Part shown: positions 56,055 to 64,000 of the stretch, piece by piece
Numbering within the stretch: position 1 is the stretch's first letter
Layout of the letters: the number at the start of each line of letters is the position of its first letter
Source of the DNA: an uncultured Bacilli bacterium
Lineage (GTDB): Bacteria; Bacillota_I; Bacilli_A; RF39; UBA660
Length of the DNA stretch: 64,000 nucleotides
Direction: 5' to 3'
Assembly (NCBI GenBank): GCA_944358675.1
Contig: CALVRN010000002.1
Location: 43,955 to 107,954 of the forward strand
Position numbers and translations under genes: made by a program
Notes under the pieces: model-generated
Told to the model about the DNA's origin: nothing
Databases searched by the model: none
Seen by the model: the letters and a program-made list of their open reading frames with translations, nothing else

Positions 56055-56714
56055 ATGGAAAATTCCTACTATAATGTATTAGAAACATTATTACTCATTT
56101 ACGCTTCAGATGAAGGTAAATTAAAAATCTATTTAAAGAAAAAAAACGATGAACCTTATAAAGGATATTGGACACTTCCAACCGCACCTTTAGATAACCA
56201 TACAACTTTAGAAGAAAATGCTGAAAAGATATATAAAAGCATGACTAATTTAGATGAAGGTGTAATATTTCAAAGCAAAGTATTTAGTAATTTGGACCGT
56301 GACCAAAATAATCGTATCATTGGTGTTTCTTATATCGCAATCACTGATAAAACACTAACCGATATGAAGCAAGATACTCAAGATAAAGCTTGGTTTGAAG
56401 TTGATGAACTTCCAAAATTAGGCTTTGACCATGCCCAAATAATAAAAGAAGTAAGCGAAGATGTAAAACAAAAAATCACATCCAATTATGATGATATGTT
56501 ATTATCATTCTTCCAAAGTGATTTTACTTTACCAGAATTACAAAACTTTTATGAAAATGTTTTAGGAAAACCAATTGATAGACGTAATTTTCACAAGAAA
56601 TTTGTAAACCAAGATTTAGTAATTGACACAGGTTTTAAAACATCAAAAGGTAGTGGAAGACCAGGAACTTTATACAGATTTAATATTGATAAAATGAAAG
56701 GTAAAAGAATATGA
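56055..56714 (+). CDS. Nudix-related transcriptional regulator (NrtR-like: degenerate Nudix domain + C-terminal winged helix)
   Basis: YKGYWTLPTAPLD...TLEENAE is a degenerate Nudix box. C-terminal FTLPELQNFYENVLGKPIDRRNFHKKF...GRPGTLYRF is typical of the NrtR wHTH. Confidence 0.65.
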   Translation: MENSYYNVLETLLLIYASDEGKLKIYLKKKNDEPYKGYWTLPTAPLDNHTTLEENAEKIYKSMTNLDEGVIFQSKVFSNLDRDQNNRIIGVSYIAITDKTLTDMKQDTQDKAWFEVDELPKLGFDHAQIIKEVSEDVKQKITSNYDDMLLSFFQSDFTLPELQNFYENVLGKPIDRRNFHKKFVNQDLVIDTGFKTSKGSGRPGTLYRFNIDKMKGKRI

Positions 56715-57145
56715 ATGAAAAAGGTTTCGGTATTAAAGAATTTGTTATAATAATTGCAGTTATCTTTATTTGTATGATTATTATCGTGTCATTATATCAA
56801 AGTATTTTTAAAAAAGAAGATGTCGAATTAGAAACACCAGTGAAGCAAGAACAAACAGAAAAATTAACATATAAAGAGTTAGAAAATAAATTAGAATTAG
56901 CTGCCGAAAGATATCAAAATGATAACTATTCAGGAAGCATTGAAAATCCAGAGGTTTGGACTTTAAGTTATTCTATGCTAAAAGAAGAAAAATATATTGA
57001 TAATCTTACGGATCCAAAAGATGGAGAAGAATGCAGAGGATATGTTGAATTCATCCAAGATGGTGGAAGAATTTCATATACACCGTTTTTAAAATGTGGT
57101 AAAAATTATCAAACCAAAGGTTATGATGAAAATAATTTAGATTAA
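56711..57145 (+). CDS. prepilin-type N-terminal signal protein (competence pseudopilin-like)
   Basis: KGFGIKEFVIIIAVIF: G then F at +1 and E at +5, followed by a hydrophobic helix. Confidence 0.5.
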   Translation: MNEKGFGIKEFVIIIAVIFICMIIIVSLYQSIFKKEDVELETPVKQEQTEKLTYKELENKLELAAERYQNDNYSGSIENPEVWTLSYSMLKEEKYIDNLTDPKDGEECRGYVEFIQDGGRISYTPFLKCGKNYQTKGYDENNLD

Positions 57146-57175
57146 AAAAACGTTAGAAATCAAATCTAACGTTTT

Positions 57176-58906
57176 CTAATAGAAGTTTACATATTTATGT
57201 AATTTATAAATAGTTCCATTAATTCTTAAATAAATATAATATTTACCTTGAATACCATCTTCACTAATATATCTAGAAGTAGTTATTTTTTTATCAGAAT
57301 CTTTTGCTTCTAATAAATTATATGTTTTTTTATCAAGTACATTATCTAAAATTATCTGAACATCATCACTTTCTTTAAATGTTCCTTTTACCTTTAAACC
57401 AAAAACATCCTTATAAAGAGTTATTTTATATTTATTCAAAATAGAATCATCATTTTTTGCTCCCAATAATAAATGATTTTTAACGGTAGCAGATTCTCCT
57501 AAACTTCCAAGTCTAACTCCTTGAACACCAGTATAAACATCATTCGCATATAGACTCATTTTTTTAGTATTATATAAAGTAGAATTAACATTCATACTAA
57601 TAACTCTTTTACCATTTTGAACTTCCATTAATGTATGTCCTTGTGTAATAACATAATCATCATCACCTAAAATTTCTAAATATGTCTCTTCATCAGTTGG
57701 AAGTTCATAATCATCTAATTCCTTAACAGTTCTATTTGAATAATCAATTTGATATGTAAGTAAATGTTTCTTACCATCTATTTCACTTGCAAACATCATC
57801 TTATTACCACTAATTAAATTAATTGACTCTGGTTTATTTGGATAGTCAATATCACCATTTGCTTTAAGTAAGTACTGTTTATAATCATCATCAACCTTAT
57901 CTTCATCCGCAATAACCCAGTTAATATCTAAAGTGGGGTAATCTAAATTTACAATCATATTTCCATTATATCCAGAGATAGTAATTGAATTTGTATTAAT
58001 ATCATAATTAATTGAATTCATACCAAACCAATTACCTTTTTTCTCACCAGGCAAAATATTATATAAGTCAATCTCTTTAACAATACTGCCAGTAGCTCTA
58101 TCAATTTCTACAGCCACATCTTCTGTCGTACCACGGCCATATTTATTTGAAGCTAAAAGTAAATTACCATTATTAAGTTCATAAACATCGTGATGATATC
58201 CACCAGGAATTGCATATTCATAATATACCTTACCAAGTAAATCCATCTCAATTAAACCAATGCTGTAGTTTTTACTTAAAATTTTATCACTACTAAGTAA
58301 AATATGTCCATTATTTAATCTTTGAATATCCCATTTATAATCACCAATCAAATACCATCTAACTTCACCATTTTTATCATAAGCAGCTGTATATCCGATC
58401 TCTTCAGGGGTAGTAAAATAAAATTCATCAGTATCAAAATCATTGTTAGATAAATCTGTTACTTTAGAAAAGTCATCAGGTAAAGGAGAGGTAGTAATTG
58501 TAATTTCTTTACTACTTCCACTAGCTTCTATTATAACCTTATTATCATATCCCGCATAAAGACCATAAATAGGTAAAATATGTACTTTAGTTGGAGTAAA
58601 TGTATGTTTTATATCTTCAGCCCCATCTTTTCCTTTTATTGTAACCGTAGTAGTTGTTAAATCTTTAGTTTGAAAAACAATCAAAGCTGAAAGGGGAGAG
58701 TTACCATACGGATTTAAAATAACATTAGGGTTATCGATTGTATAATTAGTATTACTTAAAATACCTTGCTCGGTTTGATGCTGGGTATATAAAATATCAC
58801 TTTCCGTATCAATCGGTTTGTTTGCCATTACGTATTCATAAATATAAATTGAAACCGCAAAAGTAATTAAAATTAATAAAACATATTTCGCAATTATTTT
58901 TCTCAT
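57176..58906 (-). CDS. aryl-sulfate sulfotransferase (ASST) family beta-propeller protein, membrane anchored
   Basis: N-terminal TM. NPYGNSPLSALIVFQT N-domain motif. Length and repeat character fit ASST. Confidence 0.65.
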   Translation of the reverse strand: MRKIIAKYVLLILITFAVSIYIYEYVMANKPIDTESDILYTQHQTEQGILSNTNYTIDNPNVILNPYGNSPLSALIVFQTKDLTTTTVTIKGKDGAEDIKHTFTPTKVHILPIYGLYAGYDNKVIIEASGSSKEITITTSPLPDDFSKVTDLSNNDFDTDEFYFTTPEEIGYTAAYDKNGEVRWYLIGDYKWDIQRLNNGHILLSSDKILSKNYSIGLIEMDLLGKVYYEYAIPGGYHHDVYELNNGNLLLASNKYGRGTTEDVAVEIDRATGSIVKEIDLYNILPGEKKGNWFGMNSINYDINTNSITISGYNGNMIVNLDYPTLDINWVIADEDKVDDDYKQYLLKANGDIDYPNKPESINLISGNKMMFASEIDGKKHLLTYQIDYSNRTVKELDDYELPTDEETYLEILGDDDYVITQGHTLMEVQNGKRVISMNVNSTLYNTKKMSLYANDVYTGVQGVRLGSLGESATVKNHLLLGAKNDDSILNKYKITLYKDVFGLKVKGTFKESDDVQIILDNVLDKKTYNLLEAKDSDKKITTSRYISEDGIQGKYYIYLRINGTIYKLHKYVNFY

Positions 58907-58915
58907 AATAACCTC

Positions 58916-59464
58916 CTAGATTAATCTAATTTCATGTTCATCGAAAAAAGGTTTATTTTTATCAATTTTATCAAAAAATAGTATACCATCTAAATGATCT
59001 ACCTCGTGCTGAAAAGCCACAGATAAATCTTCTCTGGCCCTAATAGTAATCTTATTACCATCAGGATCATATCCAGTAATTGTAATTCTCGCATATCTAG
59101 GAACATGTCCCTCAACTTCACGGTTAACACTCAAACAACCTTCACCAGTTTCTAAGGCCACCATTTCTTCAGAATGACTAATAATTTTAGGATTTACAAT
59201 AACATAATTCTTAAATTTACCTTCCTCATATTCATAAACAATTACAATAATTCTTTTTAATTTACCAAGTTGTGGAAAAGCAAGGCCCATACCAGGTCTC
59301 AAATCATACTTCTCCGCATATTTTTCTATTTGACTATATGTTAAATGTTTTATAATTTGATCTATTGTATTTTTATCTTCTTTAGATAAAGGAAGTTCAA
59401 CTTCATGACTTTTTTGTCTTAAAACCTTATGTTTTTCATCCAATATCTTTAATGGTTTAAACAT
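58916..59464 (-). CDS. def: peptide deformylase
   Basis: GLAFPQLG, EGCLS, HEVDHLDG. The start is taken at MFKPLK after RBS GGAGGT. Confidence 0.9.
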   Translation of the reverse strand: MFKPLKILDEKHKVLRQKSHEVELPLSKEDKNTIDQIIKHLTYSQIEKYAEKYDLRPGMGLAFPQLGKLKRIIVIVYEYEEGKFKNYVIVNPKIISHSEEMVALETGEGCLSVNREVEGHVPRYARITITGYDPDGNKITIRAREDLSVAFQHEVDHLDGILFFDKIDKNKPFFDEHEIRLI

Positions 59465-59889
59465 AAATATTACCTCCATATTCTATTTTATCATATTTAA
59501 TTTAAAAAAACTTAAGTTTTATAAATTTTACCGTTAAAAAGCATACGTATTATAACCTTATATATATAAAATGTCAAACCAATAAAGAATAGTATGAAAA
59601 TCATTATTAAAACTTTTATATAAAAAATATATATCTATGATTTTAATTATAAACATATATTTTAAAAAATCAAAATAGTAATTTACAATATAGTAGAAAT
59701 GAATGACATTATGGGAAAAGAAAGAGAAGTAACAATTTTAAATATTGATGAAGAAGATTTTTTCATAAAGAAATATATGACATTGATTTACTTAAAATAT
59801 AATAATTAAAATTTAAAGATAATAAAAAATCTATTAAAAAATAATCATAAATAAAAGAAGGTTACACAAAAATAAACCTTCTTTTAATA

Positions 59890-60048
59890 TTAATTATTCC
59901 AAGCTCTTGCTCCGATAATTATTACAAGTAAAATAAATAGAACTAATACGATAGCTGCGCCATAGCCTGTTCCGTATCCTCCGCCATAGCCATATCCACC
60001 ACATGGATTGCCACAGCCATAGCCTTGATACCCACCATAGTAATACAT
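59890..60048 (-). CDS. YjcZ-family tiny Gly/Tyr-rich membrane (sporulation) protein, 52 aa, not in ORF track
   Basis: MYYYGGYQGYGCGNPCGGYGYGGGYGTGYGAAIVLVLFILLVIIIGARAWNN. RBS AGGAGG lies 8 nt upstream. A hairpin (about 59852-59881) lies just past the stop. Confidence 0.7.
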   Translation of the reverse strand: MYYYGGYQGYGCGNPCGGYGYGGGYGTGYGAAIVLVLFILLVIIIGARAWNN

Positions 60049-60191
60049 ATAATACCTCCTATCTATTCTAATATAGTCTATGATAAAGTAAAAAAGCGTA
60101 TATTAAAAACACCTAATTTTATTTTTTAAAAATCAAAACTAGTAAAAAAACTTAGAATATGCTATGATTATATAAGGATAGGAGGCGAGTT

Positions 60192-61367
60192 ATGAAACAA
60201 AAGACTAGATCGTTAATCAGTCTACTTAAAGATTTAGATAAACCATTGTTAATTGCTTCAGCCGCTTTATTTATTTTTGGTCTATTAAATATCGTAACCG
60301 CCTCATCTAGAGCTGCTGTTGTAAACTATGATGTATCAATTTATTACTATTTTTATAGACAGTTAGCTTTCATAATAATTGGAATAATCGCTGGGGCTAT
60401 AATTATTAAAACAGATACCAAATACTATAAAATTATTGTTCCTGTATTATTTGTGGCAGCTATTGCTTTAAATCTCTGGGCTTTAACCTTTGAAGAATTA
60501 TCTGGATCAAAAAACTGGATTGATTTAAAGTTTATCAAACTTCAGCCCAGTGAATTTTCAAAACCAATTATTATTTGCTTACTCGCAATATTATTTGAAA
60601 AAAACTATCGTAAACTTAGAACCTTAAACATTAAACATTATGATACCATATTCACTATGATTTTAATTGCTATGATTATTCCAGCTATTGTATTTCTTCA
60701 AAAAGACTTTGGAACACTATTAATCATATTATTTATAATTTTTATGATGTTTTTATCTAGTCCTATTTTAAAAATTGATAAAATAAAAACCGTTTTAGTG
60801 ATGATAGCTTTAGGTGCACTCGCCCTTTTAGTAATGTATAGCGTTCAAGGATATATCTTGAATGATGCACGTATAAGTCGATTTACTTCGTTTCTAGACC
60901 CTTGTGGTAATTATGAAAACGGGGGATATCAAGTTTGTAATAGTTATATTGCTATTAATGATGGTGGATTATGGGGACTAGGAATTGGTAAAAGTAAACA
61001 AAAATACTCATATATCCCAGAACCACACACTGACTCAGCTTTTGCTATAATAGCTGAAGAATATGGTATATATAGAACTGTTTTTATCTTTATCTTATAT
61101 GGTATAGTTTTATATAGAATTGCTGTTATAGGTGCTAAAGCAGCTAGTTTAAGAGGTAGATATATATGTGTAGGTATTATAAGTTATATATTCATTCATA
61201 TATTTATCAATTTAGGTGGAATGTTTGGACTAATTCCATTAACTGGTGTACCACTTCCATTCTTAAGTTATGGTGGTAGTTTTGTCTTATCACTAATTGC
61301 CTCACTTGCTATCGTTCAAAGGATTTGTATAGAATCAAAAAATAAACAAATAAAAATTCCAAAATAA
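60192..61367 (+). CDS. SEDS-family peptidoglycan polymerase (FtsW/RodA/SpoVE)
   Basis: About 10 TM segments. LQPSEFSK and PEPHTDSAFAIIAEEYG motifs. Confidence 0.85.
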   Translation: MKQKTRSLISLLKDLDKPLLIASAALFIFGLLNIVTASSRAAVVNYDVSIYYYFYRQLAFIIIGIIAGAIIIKTDTKYYKIIVPVLFVAAIALNLWALTFEELSGSKNWIDLKFIKLQPSEFSKPIIICLLAILFEKNYRKLRTLNIKHYDTIFTMILIAMIIPAIVFLQKDFGTLLIILFIIFMMFLSSPILKIDKIKTVLVMIALGALALLVMYSVQGYILNDARISRFTSFLDPCGNYENGGYQVCNSYIAINDGGLWGLGIGKSKQKYSYIPEPHTDSAFAIIAEEYGIYRTVFIFILYGIVLYRIAVIGAKAASLRGRYICVGIISYIFIHIFINLGGMFGLIPLTGVPLPFLSYGGSFVLSLIASLAIVQRICIESKNKQIKIPK

Positions 61368-61417
61368 AAAGGAATTTTTATTTTTTTGTTGTATGTTAAT
61401 ATATAGAGGTGAGGTTA

Positions 61418-62095
61418 ATGAAATTTATAAACAAACACAAAGGGAAACTATTTATCTTAATATTTGTAATTTTTACATTATACACTATTTTTGATACCTA
61501 TAGTTTTAGTAATCAAACAGAAGCTAAAGAAAAAACTGAAATAGTAACTAAAAAAGAAAAAACAGAAAATACCGAAGAAAAAGAAAAAATTGAAAATGTA
61601 TTAGTAGATGTTAAAGGCGAAGTTAAAACTCCTGGAGTATATGAATTAACAAGCGAGAGTACCGTTATGGATGCTATAAATAAAGCAGGAGGACTCACTA
61701 ATAAAAGTGATACCAGTAATATTAATTTAAGTAAAAAATTAGAAGATGAAATGGTTATAATTGTTTATTCACAAAGTGAAATAAAAGAAATGAAAGAGAA
61801 AGATCAAATCGTATGCCCACCATGCAATAATGCATGTGTTACTGAAGAAGATGAAAAAGCTAAATTAGATGAAGAAAGTAAAGAAAGCAGCGCTCAAGTA
61901 ACAGGTAAAGTTAATATCAACCAAGCTGATGAGACTGCCTTACAAACACTAGATGGAATCGGTGAAGCCAAAGCTAAAGCTATCATTGAATACAGAAACA
62001 AAAATGGAAATTTTAAAACCATCGAAGACATTAAAAATGTCTCTGGAATAGGTGATAGTGTATATGAAAATATTAAAGACAATATCACCGTTTAA
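61418..62095 (+). CDS. comEA: competence protein ComEA (SLBB + helix-hairpin-helix DNA binding)
   Basis: VDVKGEVKTPGVY, VNINQADETALQTLDGIGEAKAKAIIEYR...IEDIKNVSGIG. Confidence 0.85.
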   Translation: MKFINKHKGKLFILIFVIFTLYTIFDTYSFSNQTEAKEKTEIVTKKEKTENTEEKEKIENVLVDVKGEVKTPGVYELTSESTVMDAINKAGGLTNKSDTSNINLSKKLEDEMVIIVYSQSEIKEMKEKDQIVCPPCNNACVTEEDEKAKLDEESKESSAQVTGKVNINQADETALQTLDGIGEAKAKAIIEYRNKNGNFKTIEDIKNVSGIGDSVYENIKDNITV

Positions 62096-64000
62096 TCTAG
62101 CTGTATGTCTAATACCCATAATTACTGTTATTTATACGTTTATATATATAAATAATCCACCACCAAGTAAATACTTTGGCGGGGAAAATCAAATTATAGG
62201 TTACATATATAGTATTCAAAAAAAAGAAGATAAAATAGTTTTAAAAGTAAAAGCCAAAGAAAATATTTTAATAAACTATTATGGTCAAAATTCATTTAAA
62301 TTAGGTCAAAAAATAAAAGCCATAGGAAAGATGAAAGAACCATCAAATTCCACTAACTTTTATCTTTTTGATTATAAAAATTATTTACTTTCCGAAAAAA
62401 TAAATTATACATTTACATCTGATAACATCACTGTAATTGATAATGAAATTTCTATAATATATCAGTTAAAAAATAATTTAAAAAATCATGTTCAAAATTA
62501 TAAATCAAAAGACTATTTAAACGCTTTAGTTCTAGGTGATGATAGTGACATAGCAGAAAACATAACCTCGAGTTACCAAACTAATGGCATTACTCATTTG
62601 CTGGCTATATCAGGCGCACAAATAACACTATTTTCAGCTATACTACTTTATATATTTAATAAAATATTTTCCAAAGCAGCATCATACATTCTAACCATAT
62701 CTTTCTTACTTTTATATCTTTTTATTACAAACTTTACACCATCGGTTTTAAGAGCAACTATATTTTTTATAATACTAACTATAAACAAACAGTTTAATCT
62801 AAAAATAAATACTATATCATTATTAATAATAACCATGTGTTTTCTTTTAATAATAAACCCATATTATATATACAGTTTAGGTTTTACCTTATCGTTCACT
62901 GTCTCGTTTTATCTTCTCGCATTTAAAAACATCATAAATAAGTATAAATCGTATTTCTCCAAAACACTAGTAATTTCTGTAATAGCCTTTTTGGTGGGCG
63001 CACCAATCATCATCAATAACTTCTTCGAACTAAACTTATTATCTCCATTAATTAATCTATATTTTGTTCCACTTATTACCTTCATCATCTATCCTCTCGC
63101 GCTTCTAACATTCCTATTCAAACCATTAGATAATATCTTTTTAATTCTAATTACTATTATGGAAAATGCCTCATTAAAATTATCATCCATAGACTTTTTA
63201 AATTTAACCTTATGTCATATGAATATTATATTCTTTATCGCTTATTACATCTTAATAACACTAATTTTATATAAATGGTTAAAAGGGAAAAATTATATAA
63301 TCATTTTATTCATAATTTTACTTATTCATCATAACATCAATTACTTAAATCCTATATCATCTCTAACCATGATTGATGTCGGGCAAGGAGATTCTTTTTT
63401 AATAAAATTAAAACATAATAAAGGTAATATATTAATTGATACTGGTGGCATTCCCACATATGATGATAAAGAGCCTTATGACATTGCAGAAAACATCACT
63501 ATTCCATATCTCAAAGCTGAAGGAATAGATCACCTTGACTATTTAATAATTACCCATGGTGACTTTGATCATGCGGGCATGGCTATAAATTTAATTAAAA
63601 ATTTTAAAGTAAATAAAGTTATTTTTAATAAAGGAGAATATAATGATTTAGAATTAGAAATAATTGATGTTTTAAAGAAAAAAAGAGTTCCATATTATCA
63701 AAATGCAAATGAATTAAAAATAAACAACATTAAATTATTATTCTTAAATAATAGAATTTATAATGATGAAAATGATAATTCAAGTGTCATATATGTAGAC
63801 ATTGATAAAATTAAATTATTGTTCATGGCAGATGCGACAGTAAATGCTGAAGAAGATTTACTAAAAACATATGACTTACCAAATATAGATATTTTAAAAG
63901 TAGGTCATCACGGAAGTAAAACAAGTTCTAGTAAAAAGTTCATAAATAGTATCAACCCCAAATATTCCATTATAAGTGTTGGTGAAAATAATAGCTATGG
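62064..64000 (+). CDS. comEC: DNA internalisation competence protein ComEC/Rec2, 3'-truncated by window end (not in ORF track)
   Basis: Open frame from the ATG at 62064 to the window end. NGITHLLAISGAQITLFS competence-domain motif (62583 onward). Metallo-beta-lactamase motifs MIDVGQGDS (63369) and THGDFDHAG. Confidence 0.85.
   Translation, partial: MKILKTISPFNLAVCLIPIITVIYTFIYINNPPPSKYFGGENQIIGYIYSIQKKEDKIVLKVKAKENILINYYGQNSFKLGQKIKAIGKMKEPSNSTNFYLFDYKNYLLSEKINYTFTSDNITVIDNEISIIYQLKNNLKNHVQNYKSKDYLNALVLGDDSDIAENITSSYQTNGITHLLAISGAQITLFSAILLYIFNKIFSKAASYILTISFLLLYLFITNFTPSVLRATIFFIILTINKQFNLKINTISLLIITMCFLLIINPYYIYSLGFTLSFTVSFYLLAFKNIINKYKSYFSKTLVISVIAFLVGAPIIINNFFELNLLSPLINLYFVPLITFIIYPLALLTFLFKPLDNIFLILITIMENASLKLSSIDFLNLTLCHMNIIFFIAYYILITLILYKWLKGKNYIIILFIILLIHHNINYLNPISSLTMIDVGQGDSFLIKLKHNKGNILIDTGGIPTYDDKEPYDIAENITIPYLKAEGIDHLDYLIITHGDFDHAGMAINLIKNFKVNKVIFNKGEYNDLELEIIDVLKKKRVPYYQNANELKINNIKLLFLNNRIYNDENDNSSVIYVDIDKIKLLFMADATVNAEEDLLKTYDLPNIDILKVGHHGSKTSSSKKFINSINPKYSIISVGENNSY

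Noticed and set aside
59699-59809. 36-codon ORF (MNDIMGKEREVTILNIDEEDFFIKKYMTLIYLKYNN) in the 400-nt AT-rich spacer between def and the yjcZ-like gene. The KEREVTILNIDEEDF stretch resembles the N-terminus of CYTH-domain proteins.
   Set aside because: It has no convincing RBS, covers only about 20 residues of resemblance recalled from memory, and is truncated after 36 codons. At best it is a gene remnant, which is not enough to annotate.
62648-62836. 62-aa minus-strand ORF in the track.
   Set aside because: It lies inside comEC, whose frame is continuous from 62064 to the window end and carries diagnostic motifs.
1-64000. CRISPR arrays, rRNA/tRNA genes, IS elements/transposases, integrases, toxin-antitoxin pairs, restriction-modification or other recognisable defence systems.
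   Set aside because: I read all intergenic regions longer than about 100 nt and all ORF products. I saw no regularly spaced direct repeats, no cloverleaf-capable sequences, and no DDE/tyrosine/serine recombinase or nuclease signatures. This was done by eye, so short or degenerate elements could have been missed.

Overview
64-kb chromosomal segment from a very AT-rich (by eye under 30% GC), spore-forming, low-GC Gram-positive (Bacillota) genome. I found about 75 protein genes, mostly on the + strand. I found no rRNA or tRNA genes, CRISPR arrays, transposases or coherent prophage blocks. Most of the window is housekeeping. There is a Bacillus-like synteny block (NfeD-SPFH-yqfC-yqfD-ybeY-dgkA-era-yqzL-recO-Tbox-glyQS) and a second block, sepF-divIVA-Tbox(Ile)-hydrolase-murF-ddl-ileS. 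Other recognisable genes are an uninterrupted sigK, spoVS, recG, rarA, copZ-copA, a CsoR-family repressor, sufU/sufB, pdp, def, a SEDS protein, comEA/comEC and a LexA-box-controlled Y-family polymerase/YolD cassette. The stand-out region is 0.1-10 kb. A tightly packed operon (3454-10005) encodes a truncated Asn/AspRS-type class II core, a radical SAM enzyme, a SAM methyltransferase, a full-length but divergent class II LysRS, a truncated AlaRS-like protein and an MccF-type S66 hydrolase. Just upstream lies a coupled pair: an ASCH-domain gene and a class I synthetase-like gene. I read this as a candidate, apparently undescribed, aminoacyl/peptidyl-nucleotide (aaRS-inhibitor-like) biosynthesis and immunity module. 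A tRNA-linked cell-wall peptide system is an equally possible alternative. Neither can be proven from sequence alone. Other points worth a second look: an Ile-specific T-box separated from ileS by three inserted genes; a MurF whose N-terminal domain is replaced by a polytopic membrane region; two C-rich structured intergenic elements flanking recG; a CsoR operator embedded in a promoter far from copZA; and two sub-60-aa genes missing from the ORF track (yqzL-like, yjcZ-like). All family assignments come from motif recognition by eye; no database search was possible.
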